Numbered from the stretch's first letter, positions 28,118 through 43,596 are shown. The stretch is 64,000 bases of DNA from Moniliella sp. 'wahieum' (GCA_003971905.1 RSEE01000003.1:310001-374000), one strand, 5' to 3'. The notes: generated by a model from the sequence alone, not told the origin. Program-made: numbers and translations.

Positions 28118-30731
28118 TTAGCCTCTAGCTAAGCACGTGAATGTCGGATTCAGGCGGGATCCCGTTCTTCCCGCTGGCGGCGCAACCTGGCCCTCCTCTT
28201 CTGGCTGATTCAGTACTGACTCGTACGACGGGGGCATGTTGTCGTTCTCGGCGCTCTCGGCCAATGAGTTGAGGCGAGGGATGGCGTCGGCCAGATCAGC
28301 CTGGCGACCCCGAGCGCGAGATTGGGAGCGGGAGCGAGACATGCCGCGGCTGGGGGTAGTCATTCCTGACCCGCCGGGTGTGGGAGCAAGAGGCAGCCTA
28401 GTTACCACAGAGCCATCGAGATTGTCTCGCACCGTGCTCTTCCGAGGTGGGTCAGATGTGTCAATCGAGTGTGTACCTTCCTTGACTTTCTCCCGTTATT
28501 ACTTCTGCGGACAGAGGGCAAACCGTGGGGCCGCATCTTTGGTATGGGTGAGTGTGAACTGGATGGATCCAAGAGGGGCAGATCAGTAGAGAGGGGCTCG
28601 TGAGGTGCAGTGGGAAACACCGTCGGCGTACTTAACCCAGACGCCGGTGGGTGGGTGGAGCCCCGTGGTTGGGAAGAAGGCCCAGCAACGGAGTTACGCT
28701 GCGCTGCGAGTCGTCCACCGGGCATACTCGCCAATTTTTCCATGTAGTTGGTTGACGGGAACATCGTCCCCAGGCGTCCTGGCCAATAGATTTTGTTCTT
28801 GAGCCTCCAAGTCGGCCAGGCTCATGCCACACACACAAAATTCGTGGGTGCCAGGCTGGAGCGGGCCGCGGAAGCGGTCCACGGCGACTCTTCCTGCTGA
28901 ATCAATTCATCAGCGACTTGGTACGAGCGGGGTTTCACCCTTTCCCGATGGACAAGGGCGACTTCTCTTGATACCGGGGCAACGTCACTGCGCTGTAGGC
29001 CACACAGCATGACGGGATAATGACGGGCTGGCGCAACGTGAATGCCTTGAGTCGTCGCTCAGCGTCGGCGGGTAGATCATCAAATGTAGGGTCGCGGGAG
29101 TGAATGATCTCGACGGTAAAAGAGTGGGTGAAACGAATGTCTCCTTTGGACCCAGGAAGAGGTGGTGGGCCGGATGACGTTGTCATTAGGGACACGGGCA
29201 ATCCCTTGGACAGACCAAGCGTGGTCGCTGCCGCACCCCCGAATAATTCGCTCTTTGGCATCATGTGCATCCATCTCGGCGGGTGTGTGGGGTACAAACC
29301 CTTTCTCAAAGAGACGATGTTTGATATGAGGAACGGTCTGCTTGCCGTGTTTGGATGTATAGAGGTCCACTTGCGTCTCGAGGGAGACACGTACCATATA
29401 GACAATGAGATCGGGGGGTGCTTTCGGCGAGTGTACATCGATATTGAAAATTCCACCAACGGAGATGTTGTTGGAGGTACAAGCGATGCTAAGCAGACCG
29501 ACGGTGGGGTGAACATCATGGTACATGACCGCCAACGCGGTCGAAGGTGACTCGATGCTGGGTACCGTCATGGGAAATATATCCCGAGTCGCATCGACAT
29601 TGCTTCTGGCCCGCCCCGCCCAATACAGTTGCTTTGATCGTGTAGCGTACTCGGCCAAACGGCGATCGTTCAAACGGGGCACAGTCCGAAGGCAAAATAA
29701 AAGCAAACTCAAACCTGCATCCCGGCGGTTAATTAGCTGCAGAGCAAACCAAAAGAGGGAAACGTACCCGTGAATACCCTTGGCAACGAACATTCCTTCA
29801 CTTTCAACATCGTCACCATCCTCGTGCTCACTCGCACGAGGGCGGGATACCGAACGATTGAGGAATCCTGCACTAGGCGTGCGGAGTGAGTGAGAAGAAT
29901 GATGGGAATGGTGGAGCAGGCTCATGGAGCGGTGAGAGGAGGTGGAGTGGCCGTGTGTATGTAACGGACCATCTTCCTCGGGCACGGTCGACGGGCGGTG
30001 GAAGGCACGGCCACGAGGTTCCTCCTCATCAAAACTTGGTCGGTTGCGCGAAAGGGATTGGCTGTGTCGGTTCATCGCCAAACCGCTGTGTTCTGAAATT
30101 GTTGACGAGTTGGCCAAACTCTCATCCCTTCGAGTTTGGGATGAAGAGGTATGACGAGATTCTGATCGGCCCCGGCTGGGAGAGGATTGAGGACGAGCAG
30201 ATTTGGAGGAGGAACGTCCTCGTATAACAGAGGCCAAGGCGCTAGCCAGACCAGTTACACTGGGATCCCTCCGCGACCGGCTCGTGGCCCGGGATGATGC
30301 CCTACCTCGGGTCTCGGCGTCGGGTCCATCAATGCTGTCGCGCCGGTTCCGGCTCTGGCTTCGACCAGCTGGTGGGGAGGGGGCCCGTGATGTGGACCGA
30401 CTGTGGCTGGTCGAGTGATGATTGGGGACACCAATCTCGAGTGTCTTATCCATGATGACCCGCTCGCTCCAGCTGATGGGGACGTGGGAAGAGCTGGATG
30501 GGTCCATGATGCCTACTGTCTCGGAACCACGGAGACGGACACGGATGCCGCCGATGTAGCGGTCGCTGGGGACGTGAAGTTCGATGAGACCACGGACTAG
30601 TTCATCGTCTGTTTGTGGCGGCGCGTCTTCAGCCCGGTTGCCAGCGGCCCTCCCTCCGGTGGGTGTAGGAAAATGACGTTCTGGAGCAGATGAATCTTGA
30701 GCTCCGACGGCTGGAACAGCGTCGTGAGCAT
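28118..30731 (-). CDS. Alpha-arrestin-like ubiquitin-ligase adaptor
   Basis: MLTTLFQPSELKIHLLQNVIFLHPP; LVRGLIELHVPSDRYIGGIRVRLRG; KGIHG(intron)FEFAFI..PFERSPFG; Ser/Arg-rich insert; C-terminal PPSY (PY motif). Confidence 0.75.
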
Positions 30732-31517
30732 GGCTTCCAGCAGGGAGGGGGGAGTTGCGCAGGGCGTGAAAGATGGGGGAAGGGCAGAAGACGCAATTGC
30801 AAACACAATGTTGATGCATGGCGAAAATCAACGGTCACTTGGTGAGACCGGTGACCTCATCGCCTCACTGTTGTTTTTACCCAGCGTTCAACTTGAACGT
30901 TCAACGAACGTTCAGCTGAACCGCTGAACGTTGAACGTGCCACGATGCAGCCTGGGCAGCCTGGGCCTGTCTCCTTCGGCGCCCACCGCTCGTAAAAGCA
31001 TACCTCTTCCAAAGGACATGTCCACATCGGTGCTCGGCTAGGAGGTGGCGTCCCAGTTGGATGAGTGATTTGGCGATTTGATCTTTGATCTTTGATCTAT
31101 CATGTGCAGATCGTCTGGCCCTATCACATCACTGACTGCCTCCCATACCGGTCGTACTGGGTTAGTTTTGCTGCGGCAGAGCTTGTGGTTGCACTAGGGC
31201 TGCTGTGTTTAACGAATGTGAACTTCATCCCGCATATGCACTTCCCGGTATTCAGCCGCTCGCTGAGATGGTTCCCCACTGAGCGTCAATTTGCATGCCA
31301 ATCATGCCTTGAATTCGGATCCACCTGCGTCATCGCGCGCTGAGTGGCCCTCTTCCAAACTATACGAAGTAATGGCCCTCTAAGCGTACCAGCGTATGTG
31401 GGGTGTAAGAAACGGGCGAACGAAAAAGTATGCTTTGGCGCAAACAACAGGATGTGGGACGGGTATAAGACAGATGATGGAGTGGCAAGCGATCCGCACC
31501 GAGATTAATGGTGTGTG

Positions 31518-32371
31518 CTAAAAATCCTCGTCGGCTGCATCGTAGTCGCCCTCGTCCAAATCCTTGGGTTCCTTGGGCTCTCCTCTTCACCATATTGAAG
31601 CGCATTGTCAATGTGGGACAAGATGTCGACACGTTCTCGTCGTCGGTCGAGTCAAGTGGAAGGAATGACACCAGGCTGAAGTCAGACACGAGTTGGGCCA
31701 CCGCGTGGTTTAGCGCAGCAAACTTGGTGTTTCCTCCGGGACCTCCGCGCGCCCCGCAGGAGTATCAGCCAAAAGAAGAGGGTCCGGGTCCATGTAACGT
31801 TCTAGCTCAGAACGTGTCCGCTTCTGCGCACCAGGGCGTTGACCAGATCCATTTTGCTCATTAGGTTGACGTGTGGGAGGCCGAGGTGAACCATAGCCGA
31901 GGCCGCACCAAGCACACCTGCAAAGTACTGGGCGTGTCGTCCATAAACTGGGCCTCGAGGAGGAGGTAGGCGGCGGCGAGGCGGAATCCAAGCTGGTTTC
32001 TGCAGCAGATGGCCAAGCGTGGGACCAAGGGCGCATGGGTGTAGAGCTCGATCTGTCCAGGACAGTCGATGATGAGGTAGTCGTCTTCGTACGGCGCCAA
32101 CTGGTCGTGGAGCCATTCGGGGTGGGAAAGACATATTCCAGACAGGCAACCAGGGCACCATTCGGGCCCAAGCCCAGCTCCTCCATCACATCCTCGACGC
32201 TGATGAGTTCACGAATGTCAACCGCGGGCTCGTACCCGAACCGTTCGGCAGCAGGGTCGAGATTGAAGAGATGGACACTGCGCCCGCTTGCTGAGCGGCC
32301 GCGATCAGTGCAGCACTGAATGTGGACTTGCCAGATCCGGCTGGGCCGCAGACCAGGACTCCGTAGCGCAT
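31518..32371 (-). CDS. GPN3: GPN-loop GTPase 3
   Basis: [78 protein letters not shown]. Confidence 0.93.
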
Positions 32372-32731
32372 GATAAACGATGTTCGGAGGTGGCGGTCGT
32401 CGTGCTTATTGACAGCAGCGCGAGTGGGCCTGCGAAAAAAATCAGTCGGTACATCGGAGTTGTGACATGTGGCACGCGAGCCTTGAACGTACCTAATACG
32501 GTCGAAATATCGAAGGGCCATTTCCGCCCCCCCGGCAGGAGAGTGTTGGCTATTTGAACGTTTGAAGTTTGGGGCCGCAGCCGGATCATCTTCCGGCGTG
32601 ATCCGTGCGTATCAATCGGTTCCACATTCCACCCACTGTTTCCGTTTCCCCATTCGGTCGGTACCTTTTCCCCAACCGACAAGCAGCACCCACCCCCCCA
32701 CCCCCACCACCCTTACCTCCTCACTCACGCC

Positions 32732-35467
32732 ATGCACCTTCTCCCACGTGAGCGCGACAAGCTCCTTCTCTCTCAGGCTGGCAGTGTTGCTCAGCGCCGT
32801 CTCGCCCGTGGGCTTCGCCTCAACGTCAGCGAAGCCACAGCGCTGATCGCTTGGACACTACAGGAAAAGGCGCGTGACGGCGAGTTGAGCGTGTCGGAGC
32901 TCATGACATGGGGCAAAAACATCCTCGGTCGCGTGCATGTTCTGGGCGATGTACCCCATTTGCTCCATGAAGTCATGATTGAGGCCACGTTCCCCGATGG
33001 TTCGTTCCTGGTCACTATCCACGACCCCATCGCTACGCCGCAGGAGGCAGCATCGAGAACGCACTCTTTGGCTCCGGTTTGAGCCCCCCTGACCCGCAAG
33101 TCTTCCTAAAGGACCCGCCTAAGGTGCTTTCCGGCCCCGAGCTTCCTGGTGCGATCGTGGTCAAGGCCGACGCTGCCCCGATTGTGCTCAACAAGGGCCG
33201 GGGTCGAATTTCGATTCGTGTCACCAATACGGGTGATCGCCCCATTCAAGTCGGAAGCCGTATGCACATCCTCCAGTGTCCTTCCCCTGTTTCGTGCGGC
33301 TGAACTTCCATCTTTCTTTGTCAGACTACCCCTTTATTGAGACCAATCCGTACCTTTCCTTCCCCCGCCTAGCCACCCTCGGCAAGAAGCTCGACATTCC
33401 TGCTGGGACGCTGTGCGGTTCGAACCGGGAGACGTGCGCACGTCACATTGGTGGATGTGGGTGGAGAGCGCCCGTATCTGGCTGGCGGTAATGGAGTGGC
33501 TACAGGGTACTTGGACGAGTTGGACCCCTGTCGTAGCCGAGAAACTCTTGGCTATGGGGGTGCCCAAGGCCGATGTGGAGCTTGCTGAGGACGGACGTCC
33601 CGCCAAGTCAATCCGGACTGAGGATCCCAACCAGCTACGTTGACACGCGAAGCGTATGTTGCCTTGTATGGCCCTACGGTGGCGACCGTGTTCGTCTGGC
33701 AGACACGGATCTTTGGATCGAGGTGGAGAAGGACTTGACATCGTACGGAGACGAGTGCAAGTTTGGTGGAGGCAAAGTACTCCGGGACGGGATGGGCCAA
33801 GCGAGCGGTGCAGGTGATGAACACGTTGGATACGGTCATTATCAATGCCCTCATTCTCGACTGGTCTGGCGTGACAAAAGCTGATATTGGGCTTAAGGGT
33901 GGTCGGATTGTGGGAATTGGCAAAGCGGGCAACCCCGGCATGATGGATGGCGTTACGCCCGGTATGGTTGTTGGGTCTTGCACCGAGGTAATTGCTGCTG
34001 AAGGTCTTATCTTAACCGCGGGTGCGATCGACGCGCACGTGCATTACATTTGCCCTGACTTGTTCCAAGAGGCCTTGGCAACAGGAGTCACGACCGTTAT
34101 TGGTGGCGGTACGGGCCCTTCAGCCGGGACATCGCTACAACCTGTACGCCTGGAGCGGATAATGTGCGACGGATGTTTGAGGCGACGGATGGAGTTCCGC
34201 TGAACTTTGTCTTTACGGGCAAGGGAAATGATTCAGGCTTGCCTGGCCTCCGGGCTCAGATTGAGGCAGGGTGTGGTGGACTTAAAGTTCATGAGGATTG
34301 GGGCACCACCCCCGCGGTCATCGACGCATGTCTGACCGCATGCGACGAGTATGACGTGCAGTGCCTCATTCACACCGACACGCTTAACGAGTCCTCCTTT
34401 GTCGAGCGTACAATTGACACGTTCAAGGGCCGCACTATTCATGCGTACCACTCTGAAGGTGCTGGTGGCGGCCATGCACCTGACATTATCCGTGTGGCAG
34501 GGGTGGAAAATGTGATTCCCTCCTCAACCAACCCGACTCGCCCATATGCAAAGAACACTCTCGACGAACACGTGGATATGCTTATGGTCTGCCACCATCT
34601 GAGCCGGGACATTGCGGAGGACGTGGCATTTGCCGATTCGCGGATTCGTGCCGAGACTGTGGCTGCCGAAGACGTGCTGCAAGACACGGGGGCTCTAAGC
34701 ATTATTTCTTCCGATTCCCAAGCCATGGGTCGGATTGGGGAGGTGATTTCGCGCACCTGGCGTACAGCGGCTAAGATGCGGACGGTTCGTGGGCCATTGG
34801 CCAAAGCTCCCACTGGCCTTTCTCCCGACTCGGAGGGCAAGGACAATGCCCGTGCTCGCCGCTATGTGGCAAAGTACACTATCAACCCCGCCATTGCACA
34901 GGGCCTGTCGCATGTCATTGGTTCGGTTGAAGTAGGCAAATGGGCGGACTTTATCCTGTACAAGCCCTCCTACTTTGGGACCAAACCCGAGATGGTACTC
35001 AAGGGTGGTCAAATCGCCTGGTCTCAGATGGGCGATGCCAACGGATCCATCCCTACTGTCCAGCCCATTTATGGACGGCCCATGTTTGGGTCGGCCCCGA
35101 AGCTGCTCACAAAAACTCCTTCGCTTTTGTGAGCAAAGCAAGCGTCGACAAAGGTGAGTCCGTGCCATTGCCTTTGTGTGGACTGGAACTGACCGTATGT
35201 GTGAACAGGAGTCATTGCCGGATATGGACTTGATAAGACAATCCAGCTCGTCACGAACTGCCGCAAGATCGGCAAGAAGGACATGAAGCTCAATGACTGG
35301 TTGCCCCAAATTACTGTTGACCCTGAGACGTATGTCCCACACCGTTTCCCCTCTGAGAATGCACTAACCCATTCTACTCCAGATACGATGTGCATGCCGA
35401 CGGCGAGCTTATGACTGCCCCGGCGGCAACGCAACTGCCTTTGACGATTAAAAGCCATTTCTTCTGA
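32732..35467 (+). CDS. URE1: Urease (eukaryotic fused gamma-beta-alpha)
   Basis: [88 protein letters not shown]; about three introns. Confidence 0.97.
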
Positions 35468-36592
35468 TGTTTTGTGGATTGGTGCGGTTGTGATTGAAGC
35501 TTGAAGACCGCGTCCGGCCCTTGCTGGGCGTTTGATGATGAACGGTTGGAAGCACCCTCGAATATATTACGTGCATCCCAAGGAGGAGGCTGACACGTGG
35601 GAGACAGGATTGTATAAACCAAAGCAGGCGGCGTGCATTTCCTTTGTATCCATCCTACAGCTTCAAGCGATCCATTATCTTGCGCTAGCATACGACGGGC
35701 AAGAGAGCCAATCCTCTCCAAGCAGCTTCTTGGTTCACGGGCGCAATCTAATGAGTGGTGATGAATGGAAACATTCACCGGGAACTGATCTAAATTGATA
35801 CGGCAAGAGACGCCAATAGCCTGTGGATTGTAGGAAGACACGGTCTAATCCCATATGGCCGTGCCAGTTTGGATGGCGTTACGCTGTGCTTCATCCGCCT
35901 AGCGCTTTACAGCACCTTTTTTGGGAACGAGTACAGAGTGATCAGATCCAGATGGAATAGAAAACCTCCAAACTCTCCCGTGCTCGCAAACCTTCGCCTT
36001 ATAGTTGTCCTCAACTTCATTTTCAACGTGCTGAGCAACAGGCTCGCAACAGGCCGGACGAGAAAAGGGAGATGAGTGATGAGACCATGCCATGTCGGAG
36101 GGGTGCCTATGCGGAGGGGTAGACCGGAAGGGTGTGCGGCCACTAGAGGAGCTGGTCGCAGCGGGCGGTGGTTTGGGGCACCAGCGGGGACGTCTAACGG
36201 CAACGTCGGCAACAACCGAACAAACGACGATTTGTCACGTGCTGCGTGCGGCCTGGCGCTTGGCAGGGCCATCGACTGAGCTGAAATCTGATTGCGGCGG
36301 CAGCCACAGCAATCACGCGTTCCTCCCACCGCCTTTCTCCGCCGATCGGTGGTCGCCTGCCCTGCCGTTGCCCCTTCCACGCTTCCCGGCGGCCGGCGGA
36401 GGCCGCTGCCCTGGTCGGCATCTGACGAGGTTATCGCCGAACAGCGGCCACCGCGCCAGTGTCCCACCGGGCTTCCCTCGCGGCACCATCGCCGTGGCCA
36501 GGGCCACAACATTTCACTTTTCGACGCGCGCGGCGCCAGTGTGGTCGGTGCGGTCTTCGGCGCTTCTATTGCCCGCTGTTTCGTCCTTTTAA

Positions 36593-37670
<1,078 letters not shown>

Positions 37671-38157
37671 TGTGTCGCATCTCCCTGCTTCTATGTCTAC
37701 CGCGCACACGCCTCTTTCCCTACGAAACTACCCTTGTTGGGGCTACATCCTCCAACTCTGAACACGATACCTCGCCTACCCTGGTTGTGCTCTTGTATAG
37801 TAGTTTCTAGGTGGGCATTTGCTTGGCAAACGTAGTTTTTGCTAAATTTTGGTGTCTTGTTGGATGATGAAAGTGGAAACAGTCGAAGACCTTGTATGCG
37901 GGGGGATCCATTTTCCAAACGTGAAACGGCAAGGATCGCTTGGACCATGGTCAGAGAAATTAGGGTGCAATGGTGCGTCTGCCCAAAAGGCAGGGAAGGG
38001 GTCGCATATGATGGCACAAAAGGCGTAGGTGCAAGTGTAGTTAGTGGTTTGTCCAAAATGGACACGGATTATTCGTGTGGGCGGCAGCGCCCCGGGCGAC
38101 GGGGACGGTGGGCGAGCCCCTGCTTTAACAATACCATGAATGATGGATTTGGTACGT

Positions 38158-39200
38158 TCAAGTAACCCCTGATTCTGGCGCTCTTGCACGCGCGCCTGAA
38201 CCTGCTCCATCCCGGTTGGGTTGAAGAGGGCGAGGGCACGTTGGGCCAAGGCCACGATCTGTTCCTCGTCCCCAGGTCGGAACGGGGAGGGGCCATCTGG
38301 TCGAGCCAAGCATCCAGTCCCTTCTGCAACTCCGCGTCAGGAAGGCCGAGCGAACGCAGGCCGCGTTGGCGACAGGCGCAGGCCAATTCGGCGCCTGTGG
38401 TGGGCACATTGTTGCTCAGCGCCAAGGCGCGCGCTTCGGGAGACGGGTGAGAGGCAATTCGTAACTGGAGTTCGGCAGGGACCACCTGGAGTCGTTCCAC
38501 CAGCGAGGAGACCAGAACAACATCATCACCCATCAGGAATTTGTGATGGGCCACGAGGCGGGAAAGAAGGCGGTTATAGTTGCCCCAGGTAGGCAGACGA
38601 AAGAGGGAAGCAAGTTGGCCCAGTTGCCTGTCATCTATCTTGCCTTCCGGGGTCAGCTCAGGCGGACGCACGGTCAAAAGACGGTGAGCTTCGGCCAACT
38701 TGACCTCGTGCTGCTCACGGGCCTGTTCCACTTGGGCAGGTACATGGCAGGGCGAGGGATGGCACGGGTGAAGAAGAGAACAAGAATGGAAGAAGCTCTT
38801 CGAGAAGCAAGATAAATAAGAGCATGTGAGGGATCTTGAGCATGTCCGTCCGACTGAGGCGGATCAGGCGCCAATCCTGACGGGTAAGCTGGTATGCCGG
38901 CAGGAGCGGGACCGTGCGGCGCGGCGGAGCATGGGGGCCGTCTGCCAGTTCGAGGCAATGCTTGATCCCGCGGAAGTAGAAGACGCAAATCGACTTGAAT
39001 GTGTGCACAAATCCCGTCCTGGGCTCCCCAGGCCGCGGAGTCGACTCGGTTGGCCTGGGGGGGCGGTGCGCAGTGTCGCAGCGGCGGGGCGACATGCAGG
39101 CTGCGGACGAGGATTGGGGGGGCGAGGGCCGGCGGGCGCAGAGGCGCAGCCCCCCAGCCCTGCGCGGAAACAACGGGAGAGGACGGGCCCAGTGGACGTC
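38158..39200 (-). CDS. LETM1-like mitochondrial protein
   Basis: FYFRGIK..LTRQDWRLIRLSRTDMLKIP..LLLEELLP; HHKFLMGDDVVL; ELACACRQRGL. Both ends are approximate. Confidence 0.7.
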
Positions 39201-39736
39201 GGGCACCCGGCAGGAGGAGTAACTAGTAACCCGGTCGTGGCAGCATAGCCGATGGCAGGCTGCAGCCTCGCACGGGCCCGACTTTCTGTGCGCTCGACTG
39301 GTGCATGTCACATGTCAAGCCATGCCTGGCCGCTCGGGGCGGAACGAGGGGCGGGAGGGGGGAATGAAGGGCAGATCACGTGCGAGGCGCCAGGGCATCC
39401 CAGGTGCGCTGCGCAAGGCAGAGCAGGCAGAGCAGCACGAGCGCGTAGCGCCGTGCTCGCCCGATGGGGCCGCCTGAGGGTGGTCAGTGCGGGGCGTATG
39501 CACGGGCTGGGCCATGCGCGCCCAGCGAGCCAATGCGGCTGAAACGTCAGTGTTCGGTTGCTCAGCGCTGACGCTCTCGGCCGGTCCGATGCAAATTGCC
39601 CCCAGCCATTCCGCACCTGCTCTCGGCTCGCGGCCTGGCTCATGCACGCCGTCTCGCCCTTGTCGCTCTCGACATAGGCCCTGCTCCTGCGCCCGTCCTC
39701 CTGCCCCCCCCCCCCCCCCGCCCGCCCACATCCACC

Positions 39737-41440
39737 ATGCCCTCCCAGCCGCCCCCCTCGTCTGCCTCGCCCACCGCCGCCGACTGGCGCTTTGCCCAGT
39801 GCTTTGGCGACAAGGGCGACATCCAGGATATCACCGGGGTAGGTCCGCTTCCCCCTCGTTCCCTCCGCGACACTGACCCCTCTTGCGGTTCTGCTCCCAG
39901 CTGATATTATCTCCACCGTCCAGTTTGACCCCACCGGCGAGTACTTGGCCACTGGCGACAAAGGCGGCCGTGTCGTCTTGTTTGAGCGCAACGACTCGGT
40001 GCGTGGCCTTGGGTGGCTTTCCCGTCCTCTTGCTGCGCACGGACCAGAACACGTCTACTGACCTTCCTTTCCGCAGAAGAAGAGCGTCGAGTACAAGTTC
40101 TACCGAGTTCCAATCACGAGCCTGAGTTTGACTACCTCAAGTCGCTCGAGATTGAAGAGAAGATCAACAAGATCCGGTGGTGCCCGCGCCAAAACGCAGC
40201 TCACTTTCTTCTCACGACCAATGGTGCGTACCCCCCGAACCCTTCTGGGATATCACCCACTCACCCCCCCTCTTTGCTGTGCGTTCACTGCTGGACAGAC
40301 AAGACGATCAAATTGTGGAAGGTGTTGAAAAGTCGTTACAGGTCGTGGCGGAGAACAATCTGTCAGGTGGGGTGGTCCCCGCATCAGCGTTTGACAACCA
40401 TCTCGTGGCTCCTTCCCACATTCAACCCGGTAGTGGCATTCATTGCGGTTGCCGCGAATTAATGTACAGGACACCATTGTGGCGGCCATGCCCCGCAAAA
40501 TCTACGCGAATGCACATGCCTACCATGTCAATTCCATCTCGGTCAACTCGGACGCGGAGACGTACATGTCGGCTGACGACTTGCGAATCAACCTATGGAA
40601 CTTGGACATTTCGGACCAGTCTTTCAACATGGTTGACATAAAGCCTGACAATATGGAAGACCTCACAGAGGTCATCACTGCTGCCGAGTTTCACCCGATC
40701 AACTGCAACCAGTTTGTCTACTCCTCCTCCAAGGGCACCATCAAGTTGGCCGACATGCGCGACGCAGCACTGTGCGACCAACATGCCAAGCTGTTCGACC
40801 AATTCGATGGTGATCTCAGTTCCAAGTCCTTTTCTCCGAGATTATCAGCAGCATTTCAGATGTCCAGTTCTCCCATGATGGACGGTACCTCCTCTCGCGT
40901 GATTATCTGTCGCTCAAGGTTTGGGACCTAAACATGGATCGTGGCCTGCTCACCATTCCGGTTCATGAACACATCCGCTCCAAGCTATGTGACTTGTACG
41001 AGAACGACTGCATCTTTGACAAATTCGAGGCATTGTGGGGGCCGGACAATCGCATGTCCTGACTGGGTCGTATAGCACTACTTCCATGTCTTCGATACGG
41101 TATGTTCTTCCGGCCATATTCTCCCCACTGCCGTTATACTGACCCTCTTGCCCCTTTTCCCGCCTCTTCAGGAGCAGCCAGACCCAGCAGCCAGCGGAGT
41201 GGTCCTCCAAGCCGACAAGTCAGCCTTTAAGCACAGAAGCTGGCGAGCAAAGTGCGAGGAAAGAATGCTGTGCCTGGACCCGTGACCCAAGTGGACGTGG
41301 ACAATGTCGACTTTAGCAAGAAGATCCTCCATGCGTCTTACCACCCCCGCGAGCACACTGTCGCCATCGCTGCCACCAACAACCTTTTTATCTTCACAGC
41401 CGCCCAGCCGTCCTCTCCCGTGGCTCAAGTATCGTCCTAG
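39737..41440 (+). CDS. CDC55: PP2A regulatory B55 subunit
   Basis: [88 protein letters not shown]; four introns. Confidence 0.96.
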
Positions 41441-41943
41441 CCTGGGGTGTAAGCCCCCCAATGCGCCCCCCACGCCCAGGACCTTCTTGACTGGCCTGGG
41501 CAGCCGTCGCCCGCCTTGCTATCTGTACCCCGTCCTTCTCGTACTTTCCCGCACAGTTTGTATCTAACAAAGCTTCTCATCTCTCATGCCTTGTCCCTCG
41601 TATAATGCTGGCGCCATCCTCGTGTCTTTGGAAGCGTGAGTGCATAAAGCTATGTGGTATTCCAGGCCAACCCAAACTCATAACTAATAGGGGAGACATA
41701 ACAGTGTTGGGGAGAGAGCATAGCATGGCGCCGAACGTTTTGGTAGAGGCAAGAGCTACAGCCGATGGATTTAGAGTGCACTCGGGATCGTCGGAAGACT
41801 CTTGGCGTAGGACAGCCCCCAGGCACTGGCGATGAACCAGTGCGAACACAACAGGAAGGGTCACAGGAGATGAGCAACATGGGTTCCAATCGTGAGGTGC
41901 CAATCCCGCGTCGGCCCATGTGCGTGAGCTGCGGCCGTGGTGC

Positions 41944-42670
41944 TTACGCCTGAGCCTTGGGCCGCAGCAACAGCGACACGGTGAGCGTGGTGGGCCGCGG
42001 CCTTGTCCGCGTTGCGCGAAGCGACCAGCTTGACTAGTCGGCCTTCTGTGCCGCCTGCTCACGCTGCTTGCGCACCTTGAGCGCAAACAGGTGACGCTTG
42101 TGCTGCAAGCGCACCGGGGTGATCAGGCGCTGGATCTTAGGCGCCTTGGTGTAGGGCTTCTTGCCCTCAGTCTTGGGCACCACCTCACGGCGGATCACGT
42201 ACTGGCGCAATCGTCCTCCTTGGTCAAGTTGAAGAACTTGCGAATGTGGTTGGCACGCTTGGGACCCAGACGCTTGGGCACAATGCTAGCCTCGTCGGTC
42301 AGCCGGGAATCTCCTGCTCGCCCTGCTTGACAATGATCAAGTGAAGCGCGGCAATGTCGGCCAGCAACAATGCAGCCACGAACCGACTTGCGCCGGCGCT
42401 CACCCGTGCGGCGCTGACGGTAGCACGAGTGGCCCTCGGACAGCAGCAGGCGCACACGGTGCGGGACAAGCACACCCTGCTTCATGGGGAAGCCCTGCTT
42501 GTCGTTACCACCGCCGATGCGGACAACGTAGCCCTTGAACTCGTCGCCGAGAACGTCAATCTCAACGTCCTGGCCCATGCGCTTCTCCCAAAGATGCGCG
42601 TCTTGCGGTCATCGTCAATCTCGAAGCTCTTCTGAGCCCCGGTCGCAGGGTTGGCAAAGTTGAGCTTCAT
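41944..42670 (-). CDS. RPS6: 40S ribosomal protein S6 (eS6)
   Basis: [65 protein letters not shown] 5'-UTR intron lies at 42682-42752. Confidence 0.97.
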
Positions 42671-42752
42671 CGTGGACCAATCTGAAAGCGAGGCAAACGA
42701 GCGTCAGCACTGCGGCGAGGGTGTCCGGCGCAGAGAGAGGAGCACTACCCAC

Positions 42753-43067
42753 CTTAGACCTCAGGGATGCGTCGATGGAGCTTGGTGGCAGCAGCCAACG
42801 GAGCCAGCAGCTGCTACTAGAACAGCCACCAGGATCCAGCGGGGCCCGCTACCAAGGCAGGGCGCCAGTGTCCTGGTAACCCTAGGATCCAACGGACGAG
42901 CATCGCAAACGGCATGCCAATTTGCACAACCCTATTTTTCTCCTTTGGCGCAGGGCTGCCGCAGCAGATTTCCTGCTCCTGCCACCTAAGGCGCGCTGGG
43001 CAGCGTGGGCCAACGCCGCCAACGTCTCCAAGCCAACTCTTCTCGCCGACGCTCATAAATTGATTCG
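42753..43067. promoter_or_regulatory. Bidirectional RPS6/RPS13 promoter with telo-box-like motifs
   Basis: Head-to-head ribosomal protein genes; TAACCCTAG at 42877-42885 and AACCCTA at 42928-42934. Confidence 0.55.
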
Positions 43068-43145
43068 GTAGGTACGACTTTTGCTTCCTGGAGCGTCTGA
43101 CTGACTCCTCGATTTTTGACTTGTTTGGTGGGCGCGGCAGCCAAG

Positions 43146-43596
43146 ATGGGTCGCATGTACGGAAAGGGTAAGGGCATTTCGTCCTCGGCGCTGCCCTACA
43201 GGCGCTCGCCCCCCTCGTGGCTCAAGGCCACCCCGGAGGAGGTCGCCAACCAGATCTTCAAGCTGGCGCGCAAGGGTCTGACTCCTTCGCAGATTGGTGC
43301 AGCTGCGTGACTCGCAGGGCATTGCCCAGGTCCGCTTTGTCACGGGCAACAAGATCCTCGGATCCTCAAGTCGGAGGGTCTCGCGCCCCAGATTCCTGAG
43401 GACCTGTACCACCTCATCAAGAAGGCCGTGTCGGTTCGCAAGCACCTCGAGCGCAACCGCAAGGACATGGACTCCAAGTTCCGTCTGATTTCATCGAGTC
43501 GCGCATCCACCGCCTCACGCGCTACTACAAGGCCAAGGGCGCGTGCCCCCTACCTTCAAGTACGAGTCGGCGACCGCTTCGACCCTCGTTGCCTAA
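43146..43596 (+). CDS. RPS13: 40S ribosomal protein S13 (uS15)
   Basis: [72 protein letters not shown] 5'-UTR intron lies at about 43068-43140. Confidence 0.97.
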
